Notes under the pieces: generated by a model
Told to the model about the DNA's origin: nothing
The model's input: the letters and a program-made list of their open reading frames with translations, nothing else
The model's database searches: none
Made by a program: the position numbers and the translations under genes
Shown: positions 1 to 9,490 of the stretch, piece by piece
How positions within the stretch are numbered: position 1 is the stretch's first letter
Layout of the letters: each line of letters starts with the position of its first letter
Assembly (NCBI GenBank): GCA_903839725.1
Contig: CAIMDG010000002.1
Coordinates: 305,117 to 369,116 of the forward strand
DNA length: 64,000 nt
DNA from: an uncultured bacterium
GTDB taxonomy: Bacteria > Patescibacteriota > Minisyncoccia > Phycocordibacterales > PALSA-1337
Direction: 5' to 3'

Positions 1-129
1 TTGAATCAGATAGAGAAGGGAAGCAGGTCTGTTATTCACTTCTTACGTCACGATTCAATACCGATCTTAAAAATTTTATTTGTAGAAATAAGTTTAATAA
101 TAAGTAGTAGCTCAATAATTACAACAATT

Positions 130-459
130 ATGTCAAAAGTTATAAATATCAATGCAGATAAGTTTGAAAGTGAAGTAATACAATCCAAAGTTCCAGTTTT
201 GGTAGATTTTTGGGCACCTTGGTGCAGACCGTGCCAAATGATGGGACCAATTCTCGATGAAGTTGCAAAGGATCTTGGTGAAAAGGTTAAGGTTGTAAAA
301 GTAGATGTCGATGATCACAGCAATATAGCTTTAGCGCAGATGTTCCAGATCATGAGTATTCCAAGTATGAAGATATTTAAGAATAGTTCTGTAGTAGAAG
401 AATATGTTGGAATGAGGTCAAAGGAGCAGTTGGTGGAGGGACTTACAAAGAGTATGTAG
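130..459 (+). CDS. trxA: Thioredoxin
   Basis: VLVDFWAPWCRPC active site; ATG at 130 gives typical ~109 aa length. Confidence 0.95.
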   Translation: MSKVININADKFESEVIQSKVPVLVDFWAPWCRPCQMMGPILDEVAKDLGEKVKVVKVDVDDHSNIALAQMFQIMSIPSMKIFKNSSVVEEYVGMRSKEQLVEGLTKSM

Positions 460-517
460 TTATAATAACGTTTTGATAGGCACCCAGATAATGAATAAAA
501 GGTTAGAAGGAACTCAT

Positions 518-546
518 TTGACATGTTAATATTTTCATGATAACGT
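518..546 (+). promoter_or_regulatory. sigma70-like promoter of orphan pair
   Basis: TTGACA-17 nt-TAACGT with TG at the extended -10 position. Confidence 0.55.
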
Positions 547-617
547 CGCACAAGGCCAGCATACGAGTGTGTTTGGTCTTTGCAATAAAAAATAGTTAAC
601 AAAACAACGGAGTATTT

Positions 618-989
618 ATGAGCGATGTTGGAAAATTATTTGCGGTCAATCCCGTGCCATTCAAGCAACCATTTCTGGTTTTGCAGATGACGCCCACTCG
701 GACTACCGAAGGCGAGTGGATGGTGGATGTGGGCGGTAAAATAAATATGTATCTTACGCCACGTAAAGATACACCACCAAAGTCTGAAGTTTCTGATCTA
801 GTGTTGGAAACCACACCTCTTCTGAAGGAGCTGTGTCGTGAGCTGAAGCGGCAAGGTTATCCAGTCTATGCCGTTCGGACATACAAAGGAAGCGGCGGGC
901 CGGGTTATATTTTGCGCCACGGAGCTTTCTTCAAACGCATGGAAGCGGGACGGGATGTTCCAGAACTTCCTACGTGGATGGATGAGTGA
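618..989 (+). CDS. Hypothetical protein (orphan)
   Basis: 123-aa ORF, GGAG SD-like motif upstream, no recognised motif. Confidence 0.7.
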   Translation: MSDVGKLFAVNPVPFKQPFLVLQMTPTRTTEGEWMVDVGGKINMYLTPRKDTPPKSEVSDLVLETTPLLKELCRELKRQGYPVYAVRTYKGSGGPGYILRHGAFFKRMEAGRDVPELPTWMDE

Positions 990-1012
990 TCTATTTCAAC
1001 GAAAGGTATAAT

Positions 1013-1422
1013 ATGTTAAATGGAGTAGAATTCATTACTTTGGAAACTCTTTTGCGTAGTCCTCGTCTTATTGGGGGGGGCAGATAGAAGTTCAGGAGCA
1101 CGATACAATTTATCGTGGCCCGATCAAGAAAATTGACCTGAAAGGTGCAGACGTCTATTTTGATCTCGAATGGTGTGGATATTACGATATCGCAACAGAT
1201 GAGTGGACTGCGGCAGACCGACCCACAACTGTAATTTTGCAGAAAAATGGTTTGCGGATCGCTTGCAGGAAGGACCATCTTCGCTATGTGATTACGTCCG
1301 AAACTGGCCAATTCATTGTCGCCACCATTGATGTTCGGGATGGTTACAAATTAGACCCGAGCGAAGTCACTGACCTTGATCTCAACAACCTACCGAAACC
1401 CGAGGTTGTGACGCTCCCCTAA
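1013..1422 (+). pseudogene. Hypothetical protein split by a frameshift in a G8 tract
   Basis: ATG1013 MLNGVEFITLETLLRSPRLIGG; G8 at 1073-1080; with G6 or G9 it reads QIEVQEHDTIYRGPIKK... open to TAA 1422. Confidence 0.7.
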
Positions 1423-1445
1423 GCCGAACAATCGTCTACGACAGT

Positions 1446-1475
1446 AAGCCCGCGGTACAACCGTCGGGCTTTTTT
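1446..1475 (+). terminator. Intrinsic terminator
   Basis: AAGCCCG...CGGGCTT hairpin followed by T tract. Confidence 0.8.
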
Positions 1476-1536
1476 ATTTGAACAAATATTATTAACAATA
1501 AATCCACTCCAGCAGATTATTTGGTATACTTTCTAC

Positions 1537-1737
1537 ATGAAAAAGAATATTGGAACCATAGATAGGATAGTTCGAGTACTTATTGGCCTCGCATGTTTTA
1601 TTGGCGCATATGTTGTGGTCGGCGTCGTATTCAAGGTAATTTTGTTATTGATCGGTATTTTTGCTATGTATGAGGCTTTAGTAGGGTGGTGTGCTTTCTA
1701 CATGCTCATCGGTCGGAACACCTGTCCGATAGAATAA
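1537..1737 (+). CDS. DUF2892/YgaP-like small membrane protein
   Basis: MKKNIGTIDRIVR...GWCAFY..IGRNTC pattern, two TM helices. Confidence 0.85.
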   Translation: MKKNIGTIDRIVRVLIGLACFIGAYVVVGVVFKVILLLIGIFAMYEALVGWCAFYMLIGRNTCPIE

Positions 1738-1761
1738 TTTCTTAAATCTAAATTACGTATT

Positions 1762-3240
1762 ATGAAAAAAGTCGCAATTATCGGTGCTGGTCCTGGAGGT
1801 TTGTCAGCCGCAATGATTCTTGCGCATAAGGGGTTTGATGTTTCAGTTTACGAATCCAAATCTCATATTGGTGGTAGAAATTCAGCTCTCAAAGTAGGGG
1901 ACTTCACTTTCGAACTTGGACCAACGTTTGTCATGCTCCCAAAAGCTTTTGAGGAAGCTTTTGCGTTGGCTGGTAGAGACATGAAAAAATACGTCGAACT
2001 CAAGGAGTTGTCAGAAATGTATCGACTTCACTATTCTGATGGAAGAAATTTCCATGTGTATTTTGATAAGCAAAAAATCGAACAAGAAATTGTGAGACTA
2101 TTTCCTGATGATGTGGGGGCGTACGCACGATTTATGGCTACTCAAAAGATAAAGTTTGACCGACTCTATAAGTGTCTTACGGTTCCATATATGAGACCTT
2201 ACAATTATTTACGCCTAAAATTGTTGAAAGCACTCTCGACGATGGATATTGGTAGGAGTGTTCATGATGTTCTTTCAAAATATTTCAAAAATGAAGATTT
2301 GAAAATCGCGATGAGTTTCCAAGCAAAATACCTCGGCATGTCACCATGGGATTGTCCGGGGGCTTTTACGATACTTTCATATATTGAGCACCAGTTCGGC
2401 ATATATCACCCAATGGGTGGGGTACATAAGATTTGTGAGGCTATGCAGAAAGTTGCCGTTGAAGATGGAGCAAAGATTTTCTTGAATAGTCACGTGAAGA
2501 AAATATTGAGTGCAGACGGCGTTGCTACAGGTATAGAGCTTGCTGACGGAACGGTTGTAGAAACGGATCATATCATTATGAACACCGACTTTGCTCACGG
2601 CATGCTCAATCTCTTTGCGCCAGAGGAACGTGGCAAATATACAGAAAAGAAATTGAATACGATGAAATATTCCTGTTCTACCTTTATGTTGTATCTCGGT
2701 TTGGACAAGACGTATGATATGCCTCACCACAATATCTTTTTCAGTGCTGATTACAAGAAAAACGTCGATCAAATATTCAAGGACAAAATAGTGCCAGAAG
2801 ATCCTTCTTTCTACATTCAGAATGCTTCGGTAACTGATCCAACTTTGGCACCAGCAGGTAAATCAGCTATCTATGTACTTGTACCAGCACCAAATCTTTC
2901 CGGTGCGTATATTGACTGGGAAGTTGAGAAAAAAGTTCTGAGAGACAAGGTGATCGCTCTCATCAAAGAACGAACAGAAATGAAAGATATAGAGGCCCAT
3001 ATTGAAGTTGAAAGAGTTATCACACCAGCAGAGTGGGAAAGTGGCATGTATGTTCACAATGGGGCAGTGTTCAATCTTGCGCATTCGCTTGATCAGATGC
3101 TCTACCTGCGTCCACACAATAGGCTCAATGGTTACAAGAATGTATATCTAGTTGGTGGAGGAACTCACCCCGGAAGTGGTTTGCCAACTATTGTAGAGTC
3201 GGGAAGAATTGCTGCGAATCTTATTGAAAATATAGTTTAA
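1762..3240 (+). CDS. crtI: Phytoene desaturase (CrtI/CrtN) family FAD oxidoreductase
   Basis: IIGAGPGG Rossmann motif, FELGPT, DPSFYI, C-terminal YLVGGGTHPGSGLP. Confidence 0.85.
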   Translation: MKKVAIIGAGPGGLSAAMILAHKGFDVSVYESKSHIGGRNSALKVGDFTFELGPTFVMLPKAFEEAFALAGRDMKKYVELKELSEMYRLHYSDGRNFHVYFDKQKIEQEIVRLFPDDVGAYARFMATQKIKFDRLYKCLTVPYMRPYNYLRLKLLKALSTMDIGRSVHDVLSKYFKNEDLKIAMSFQAKYLGMSPWDCPGAFTILSYIEHQFGIYHPMGGVHKICEAMQKVAVEDGAKIFLNSHVKKILSADGVATGIELADGTVVETDHIIMNTDFAHGMLNLFAPEERGKYTEKKLNTMKYSCSTFMLYLGLDKTYDMPHHNIFFSADYKKNVDQIFKDKIVPEDPSFYIQNASVTDPTLAPAGKSAIYVLVPAPNLSGAYIDWEVEKKVLRDKVIALIKERTEMKDIEAHIEVERVITPAEWESGMYVHNGAVFNLAHSLDQMLYLRPHNRLNGYKNVYLVGGGTHPGSGLPTIVESGRIAANLIENIV

Positions 3241-3253
3241 GTTAATTTTGTTG

Positions 3254-4012
3254 TCAGAAGAACAATAAAATCAACGCCAAAAGTAGAAGTCCAACATCAA
3301 CTCGTCTACGAACCTTTATAACAAGTGTATCTTTCTTGATATACAGTAGCCCCCATACTATAAACACTGAGCCGATTAATGTTAGGGGAGTAATTTCTAT
3401 AGCTAAAATACAACCGATAATAAGTGATGCAGCTGATGCAATACGAGCAAAAGTATCGCCGAGAATTATTGGTGTTGTCTTTTTATAACCAGTATCAACT
3501 GATGTGTCAGCAATGTCGTGTAGCGTTTCTCGGCCAAAGATTATTAAAGCGGTAGTGACGAATGGAATCAGAACGGTATCTATGTGTGCACCAAGCGTCA
3601 AAGGTATAAGTATCGGACTTGCTGATGTCACAGTAACAAGAGTTACAGATAAGAGTGGTACTCTGCGTGCTTCAGAATACAAAGCTCCAATGAGTGCCAT
3701 ACCAAGTAACAATAATCCCGTTGCCAATTGTTGAAACAAAAGTGTTGTAATCAATGCGCAACATATAACCCAGAACAATAGTAACCATGAAATGTACAAT
3801 TTTGGATTACTACTAGCAAAACTTTTACCTTTTCCTATGTCGTGTGATCTATCACGCCAATCATTTTGAAGCATCGTAACTGCAATTACAAAGAAAAGAG
3901 TTGTGAGGATCAAAGCATGTACAGATATACCAGAATGCTTAAATCCGATAATACCAAGTATTACAATGAGTATACATTCTGGTAAGCGGATAGATTGCAG
4001 TAAACCAATCAT
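3254..4012 (-). CDS. UbiA-family prenyltransferase (DGGGP synthase-like)
   Basis: NDWRDRSHD and RETLHDIADTSVD..KTTP Asp-rich motifs, multiple TM helices. Confidence 0.8.
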   Translation of the reverse strand: MIGLLQSIRLPECILIVILGIIGFKHSGISVHALILTTLFFVIAVTMLQNDWRDRSHDIGKGKSFASSNPKLYISWLLLFWVICCALITTLLFQQLATGLLLLGMALIGALYSEARRVPLLSVTLVTVTSASPILIPLTLGAHIDTVLIPFVTTALIIFGRETLHDIADTSVDTGYKKTTPIILGDTFARIASAASLIIGCILAIEITPLTLIGSVFIVWGLLYIKKDTLVIKVRRRVDVGLLLLALILLFF

Positions 4013-4205
4013 GTGTTATTTATAACATAATTTGGGATATGTGCAGTTTTTTCAGAATATTTTTTTGTTTTTATCAAAGTCTTGATGCAGTGTAGTGTTT
4101 GACTTTATATAATATTTGTGGTATCCATTTATTAGTGAGAAGAGTTTTTCTCTTAGGCAGTCACTGGCCTATCAAAATATTCAGTCGTTCTCTGAAATAT
4201 ACTTT

Positions 4206-4814
4206 ATGAAAATTAAAGAAATTGGTTTTGTTGCTGTTCGGAAGTCGTCGGTGTATGCGGGCAGTATGATCTATCGCCACACATTCCTTGCAGATGGTTT
4301 TGAACTCAAAGATAATGCGTTTACTGCTGTTCATTTAACTGAACAAGCCATGGGGGACCTCCTCGGAGGGTCAGTCATTCTTAGTTGCAAGACTCAAGAA
4401 GTCGGCGGACCTTCGCAGCTCATTATTCGTGAAGCCTTGGTTATTTTCACGCTTGAAATTAGTCACGACCCTGTTCAAGGACCCGCGGAAGATCCGTTAA
4501 AGTTTGCAGGAACAAGTCTATCGGAGTGCCTGAAAGAGTTGTCGTTGAATACCGAAGGCATTCAAATTGAAGCAAGAGAATGGGACCAGCTGATTTCCTT
4601 TGAATCCTCAATCATGGCCACTGAGATACTCAGTAAATTGAGAGAGAATGATAATCGGCCGACTCAAGGAGATGAACTCGTCATTCTTGCTGGACATATT
4701 ACGAGGTTAAACAAAAAACTCAAAAAAGCAGGATTTCTGTTCGAGATTCGATCTATTGAACCAGGAAAGAAGGGGATGTGGTCTCAACGATTCAGATTGG
4801 TTCGGACAGTATGA
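4206..4814 (+). CDS. Hypothetical protein (orphan)
   Basis: Long ORF, ATG 4206, TTGACT promoter at 4099, terminator downstream. Confidence 0.7.
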   Translation: MKIKEIGFVAVRKSSVYAGSMIYRHTFLADGFELKDNAFTAVHLTEQAMGDLLGGSVILSCKTQEVGGPSQLIIREALVIFTLEISHDPVQGPAEDPLKFAGTSLSECLKELSLNTEGIQIEAREWDQLISFESSIMATEILSKLRENDNRPTQGDELVILAGHITRLNKKLKKAGFLFEIRSIEPGKKGMWSQRFRLVRTV

Positions 4815-4838
4815 ATATCGATTTGTTGGTCAGTTTGC

Positions 4839-4866
4839 AAGCTCGAGGAACAATCCTCGGGCTTTT
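4839..4866 (+). terminator. Intrinsic terminator
   Basis: GCTCGAGGA-ACAA-TCCTCGGGC-TTTT. Confidence 0.75.
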
Positions 4867-4931
4867 ATATTTATTAAAATCTTGCAAAAGAATGAGGAAA
4901 GCGTATAGTTTTTGAAAAGGAGAACCTTACC

Positions 4932-5252
4932 ATGAATGAAGACACCATACTGGAGGACTCAGCGAGTTTTCTCGAACACATTTTAAAGTTTTATGGTCCA
5001 AAGCGATGCTACGAGGTCGCGGTTGATATTTTCAACTCGCCGTCAATTATCACAAAGAAGGTTTTTATGGATTATATCCTCAAGGATTATCCAAGTCTCA
5101 AAGAGGAAATCGAGACAGAGCTTGCTAGTCAAGAATTGCCGCTTACCGATGTATGTGCCATGGAATTGCTCCACATGGTCATGAGGCGTCACTCCCGACC
5201 AGTGTATTGTGGCCCATTCACGTCCACGATTAGTATTGAGGATGTTATATAG
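4932..5252 (+). CDS. Hypothetical protein (orphan)
   Basis: 106 aa, AAGGAG SD, TTGCAA/TATAGT promoter at 4882-4909, hairpin at 5293-5323. Confidence 0.7.
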   Translation: MNEDTILEDSASFLEHILKFYGPKRCYEVAVDIFNSPSIITKKVFMDYILKDYPSLKEEIETELASQELPLTDVCAMELLHMVMRRHSRPVYCGPFTSTISIEDVI

Positions 5253-5464
5253 CATCACTTCATTATAGATGATGAATAACTTACGTATCACACACCACCC
5301 TTCAAAAGGTGGTGCTGTTTTTTGAACTGATGATTTAATTATCTGCTGAATTACAACGAAACGAAAAGAAGGTCATATTGTTGAATTACATAATCCTGAT
5401 CTGATCTTTAAATTGTGAAAATTGTTGAGGTGACTTCCTGTTTCTAACCTGATATGATTTTTAT

Positions 5465-6190
5465 ATGTTCAAAAATAAAGTCGCTCTTATAACAGGAGGA
5501 TCAAGTGGAATAGGAAAAGCCACGGCTATTATGTTTGCTGAGAACGGGGCAGATATCGTCATTACCTATAATAGTAATAAGAGCGGGGCAGAGGAGGTCG
5601 CTGCTGAGATTCAAAAGATAGGACGAAAGGTGTACGTCATCCAAGCGGATCTTTGTCAGGAAAAAGATGCAGAGGATGTTGTACTCTCTGCTGTTAAAGA
5701 ATTTGGAAAGATTGATATTTTGGTAAATAATGCAGGACGCTATGTTGATGGCGATGAATGGAATGGTGTGTCAGAAATCTGGATGAAGTCTCTTCGCCAA
5801 AATCTTTTATTGATGATGAATATTTCGAAATATGTTATTCCTGTTTTCAAAAAACAAAATAGTGGAGTCATGGTGAATGTCGCATCAAGACATGGCATCA
5901 AAGGGCACAGTGATGCTGTTTCTTATTCTGCAGCCAAAGCCGGGGTCATCAACTTAACAGGGGCATATTCAGATTTGCTCCAGCCATTTGGTCGCGCAAA
6001 CTCTGTCTCCCCATCAGCAACAAGAGCGGGTTACTGGCTCATTGCCCCAAAGGAAGAATTGGAACAAACGCTAGCTGATCGGCCAAATCATAAGTTGGTT
6101 GAACCAGAAACTGTGGCAAAAAAGATAGTCTATCTAGCTTCTGATGAGGCGAAGGATATCACTGGGCAGAATTTTCCGGTTACGGAATAA
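5465..6190 (+). CDS. Short-chain dehydrogenase/reductase (FabG-like)
   Basis: TGGSSGIG, NNAG and YSAAK motifs. Confidence 0.9.
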   Translation: MFKNKVALITGGSSGIGKATAIMFAENGADIVITYNSNKSGAEEVAAEIQKIGRKVYVIQADLCQEKDAEDVVLSAVKEFGKIDILVNNAGRYVDGDEWNGVSEIWMKSLRQNLLLMMNISKYVIPVFKKQNSGVMVNVASRHGIKGHSDAVSYSAAKAGVINLTGAYSDLLQPFGRANSVSPSATRAGYWLIAPKEELEQTLADRPNHKLVEPETVAKKIVYLASDEAKDITGQNFPVTE

Positions 6191-6306
6191 TCTTAGTAAA
6201 AGGTGCATAAAGGATAAGGTGAAGCATATGTTTGACATAATATACATATTATGATACGGTTTTTTATAGCAAACTATTAACAACAAAATAATATCCGCTC
6301 TGAAGA

Positions 6307-7131
6307 GTGGATTTAGAAGGGAATCAAGTGAAGAAACAGAAGAAAAAACATGCTCATCCTTTACGGACAGCTCTCATTATGGTGGTTATGGTTATCGGAA
6401 CAGTTTTATGGTTCAAATCGTCAAAAAATCCCGACATTATCGAACACTCCCATCAGGAACTCGAGGCGAGATATGATTATATTTTGCATCATGTTGTTCA
6501 GACAAATGTGCACCCATTGCTTAGGGCAGTGCATTTTAGTATCGGGAAGAACTTTGCGGCTTGTGGCACGATGATTTTGAAAAAAGATGGCACAGAGGCA
6601 TATATCGTTACAGCCAATCATTTGTTCTCGGAAACTCAACCTGGCTCCGATTATTATGATTACCATGTGCTGGGCACGAATGGTTTTACAACCAATGGTC
6701 ATATTTCTCGAGTCGTCCTTGATAGTTTTCGGAGTTCATCGTCAGTTGAAAGTATTCAGGATATTGCCACCTGTTACCCCGGTGAGGCGAATCTCATATC
6801 ACGCACCTCCAAGGTTATTGTTTCCGCCGAAAACCCTACTGGTCACACATTCACTGTAAATAAAACTCCTCCGTTTGAGGTAATTTCACTTACAACAGGG
6901 GAGCATCTTCAGATCGTTGGCGAGATTGTTAACACTGAGGGTAACGTCTTCTTTGCCATGTTGTATGAAAGTGTGAACGGCGAAAGTGGTAGTGGATTCT
7001 GGGATGGGGGTAATAGACTCCTTATTCTTTCAGGTAATATCACGATAAGCCCACAGACTCGGCGTGAACTTGGTATTCCTGACAAGTTTACATATATAAC
7101 AACGTGCAGCGCCGTCTCGATTCAATTTTGA
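6307..7131 (+). CDS. Membrane-anchored trypsin-like serine protease
   Basis: N-terminal TM helix; IVTANHL (His), QDIA (Asp), GESGSG (Ser) in chymotrypsin-clan order; start could be 6328. Confidence 0.65.
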   Translation: MDLEGNQVKKQKKKHAHPLRTALIMVVMVIGTVLWFKSSKNPDIIEHSHQELEARYDYILHHVVQTNVHPLLRAVHFSIGKNFAACGTMILKKDGTEAYIVTANHLFSETQPGSDYYDYHVLGTNGFTTNGHISRVVLDSFRSSSSVESIQDIATCYPGEANLISRTSKVIVSAENPTGHTFTVNKTPPFEVISLTTGEHLQIVGEIVNTEGNVFFAMLYESVNGESGSGFWDGGNRLLILSGNITISPQTRRELGIPDKFTYITTCSAVSIQF

Positions 7132-7153
7132 GTATCCGTAGTTTAGTCCATAA

Positions 7154-7187
7154 GCCCGTCGCAACTTGCGACGGGTCTTTATTTTTT
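7154..7187 (+). terminator. Intrinsic terminator
   Basis: GCCCGTCGCAA-C-TTGCGACGGGT then T-rich tail. Confidence 0.8.
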
Positions 7188-7224
7188 AATTAGGTATAAT
7201 ATGAGTATTAATTAATCTCACAAT

Positions 7225-8055
7225 ATGGAAAACATAGAGACATCTATAATTGACGGTTCACACGAAGTAGGACGTGGACAAGATACCATTCCGGAATCTC
7301 AGGACTTTGAATACACACGTTCACCGTCGAAGTCTGAACATTTGAGTCCTTGGATTAAACCGATAGTAGCGTGCCTTGGTATTCCTGATGAATTTAGGTA
7401 GTTTCCGGGTGATGAACAGGTTGCCTTCGGTATTGGTGCCAGTAATGGGCGTTTACATGATGTTGATTATTATGGAGACCCTGCGGATCATGAGAAGCAA
7501 AATTTCAAAAATAATGGTCGAGGTTCATATGTTATATCATCAGTTGATGCACTCGATAAGTTTTCAAAAGAATTTAGAGATTGTACTGGGTTGGTTGTGG
7601 CTGGTAGACAAAAAAATGGTGAAGATATTTCATTCCTGAGTCACGAGGACCCGGTATTTTTTCTTGAAGATAAGAATAATACAAACTTATTTATACGCGA
7701 CCTCAGAGAGAGACTTATGGAAATAAAAAGAAATTCCACAGCAGGGACAATTGATGCGGTGATTTTTGGAGGTAATTATATTAGAAGCTCTTTCGGAGAT
7801 GAGTATATGAAAAATTACTTATTATCAATCAAATTGTTGTCTGCTGAAATTACCAATGTATTAGGATTTGAACCTGTAGTTATGACAGGCCCCAAATTAA
7901 TTGGTGGAAGGGATAATGTATTTTATGATAATAAAAACAGAAGGCTATATATAGAGAGACCAGAAGTTGGAGATCAATCATCCCAAAGTTATTTTCCAAA
8001 AGACTTAAATAATCAAAAGGATACCTGGAAAAGTGATTTTAGGGATAGATTTTAG
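7225..8055 (+). pseudogene. Hypothetical protein (possible CheD-like Cys-His deamidase fold) with internal TAG
   Basis: Single frame from ATG7225 to TAG8055 broken only by TAG 7399-7401; motif FRDCTGLVVAG...ISFLSH. Confidence 0.6.
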
Positions 8056-8108
8056 TACATCACATATATAGTGGGGTACTTCGATTCTCAACCTGATATA
8101 CTTCTTGT

Positions 8109-9050
8109 ATGAAAAAAGTTACACATATTAATACATCAGGTTTTCTTCAGGTGGATGGACACAGTATCTACTATGAGGATTGGGGTAATCCACAAGCAAC
8201 TCCTATCTTATTTTTTCATGGCGGTCCTGGTGGTGGTTGTGATGAAAAACAGAAACTTTTGTATGACCCCAAGAAACAACGTGTTATTTTTCATGATCAA
8301 CGTGGTAGCGGTAGAAGTACTCCATTTGCAAGTATTGTGAAAAATACAACTCAAGACTTGATCGCTGATGCAGAGCGCATTCTCGATATATTGGGAATAG
8401 ATACTGTTATGGTGACAGGTGGATCATGGGGATCTGCACTTTCACTTTTTTACGCTATTGCACATCCAGAAAGAGTTACAAAAATCTTGATAGGAGGTGT
8501 ATTCTTGGCACGACAATTTGAAATTGATTTCGTGAATGATGGGAGGTTGCAAGCGTTCTTTCCGGCGGAATGGAAACGATTTGTTTCTCTTGTTCCTGTA
8601 GAGCATCGAAATGGCGGGAATGAGATTATGAAATATTATGCAGACAAAATAGCATCTACTGATACAGTGGAGGCTCAAAAATATGCCGATGAATGGACAC
8701 TCTGGGAGATGACTCTGTGTTCAATCAACTATGATCCAAAAAAATTGGAAGAGGGTATCATGGGTGACAAGAATAATATTGCGATTGCTGTCATTGAGAC
8801 ACATTATTTCTTGAACAAATGTTTTGTTCCTGAAAATTATATTATCGATAACATTCACAAGATCAAACATATACCATGCATGATAGTTCAGGGTCGTTTC
8901 GATATGTGTACGCCACCTATTTCATCGTATGACCTTGCACAGGCATATGGTGGCAGATTGACCCTACGATGGGCCAATGGGGGACATATGACGACAGATG
9001 CGGATCTTGGGGCTCGTTTGGATACGGCGATCAAGGAGTTTCTAGTGTAA
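8109..9050 (+). CDS. pip: Proline iminopeptidase
   Basis: HGGPGGG, DQRGSGRS, GGSWGS nucleophile, QGRFD, GH. Confidence 0.92.
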   Translation: MKKVTHINTSGFLQVDGHSIYYEDWGNPQATPILFFHGGPGGGCDEKQKLLYDPKKQRVIFHDQRGSGRSTPFASIVKNTTQDLIADAERILDILGIDTVMVTGGSWGSALSLFYAIAHPERVTKILIGGVFLARQFEIDFVNDGRLQAFFPAEWKRFVSLVPVEHRNGGNEIMKYYADKIASTDTVEAQKYADEWTLWEMTLCSINYDPKKLEEGIMGDKNNIAIAVIETHYFLNKCFVPENYIIDNIHKIKHIPCMIVQGRFDMCTPPISSYDLAQAYGGRLTLRWANGGHMTTDADLGARLDTAIKEFLV

Positions 9051-9184
9051 TGAATACCTGTAGTATACTTATCTATATGACAAGCTTAGAAGTATACCTT
9101 GTTGAAGCAGGTGCAAGACCTACTTCAATGGACGGGGGGGGTATTATAAAGTGAGACCTAGATTCTAATAGCGTAATTATTGAT

Positions 9185-9490
9185 ATGGAAAAAATACCGG
9201 AAAATAACTTCTTCGATTCAAGTACAAGAGAATTTCTCAAAAAGTATGGTCTACAAAAGATTCAGTATAGTTTTTTTGATAAGTTTAGATTTATCATTAC
9301 TGCTGGACTTGGTCTTATATCAGCTCTTGCGTGGGATGAAACACTCAGGGCAATTTTCAATGACTGGTTTCCTGAGATGAGTCATGGATTGAGTAGCCTA
9401 TTGTATGCGACGAGCTTAACAATTCTCGCAACTATCGTTGGTCTGGTGCTTGGTCTTATTTCCAAGAAATCAAAAAATAAGAAAGACTAG
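9185..9490 (+). CDS. Small membrane protein (DUF5654-like)
   Basis: ITAGLGLISALAWDE motif, two TM helices. Confidence 0.75.
   Translation: MEKIPENNFFDSSTREFLKKYGLQKIQYSFFDKFRFIITAGLGLISALAWDETLRAIFNDWFPEMSHGLSSLLYATSLTILATIVGLVLGLISKKSKNKKD

Noticed and set aside
1-129. N-terminal extension of the thioredoxin ORF
   Set aside because: TTG at the window edge; thioredoxin similarity starts at ATG130.
991-1311. Minus-strand 106-aa ORF
   Set aside because: Shadow of the frameshifted plus-strand gene, which has an SD and a terminator.
7399-9154. Alternative genetic code (TAG or TGA recoding)
   Set aside because: TAG and TGA terminate intact genes here (trxA and nusG with TAG; the pyrophosphatase-like and UbiA genes with TGA), and long conserved ORFs have no internal stops.
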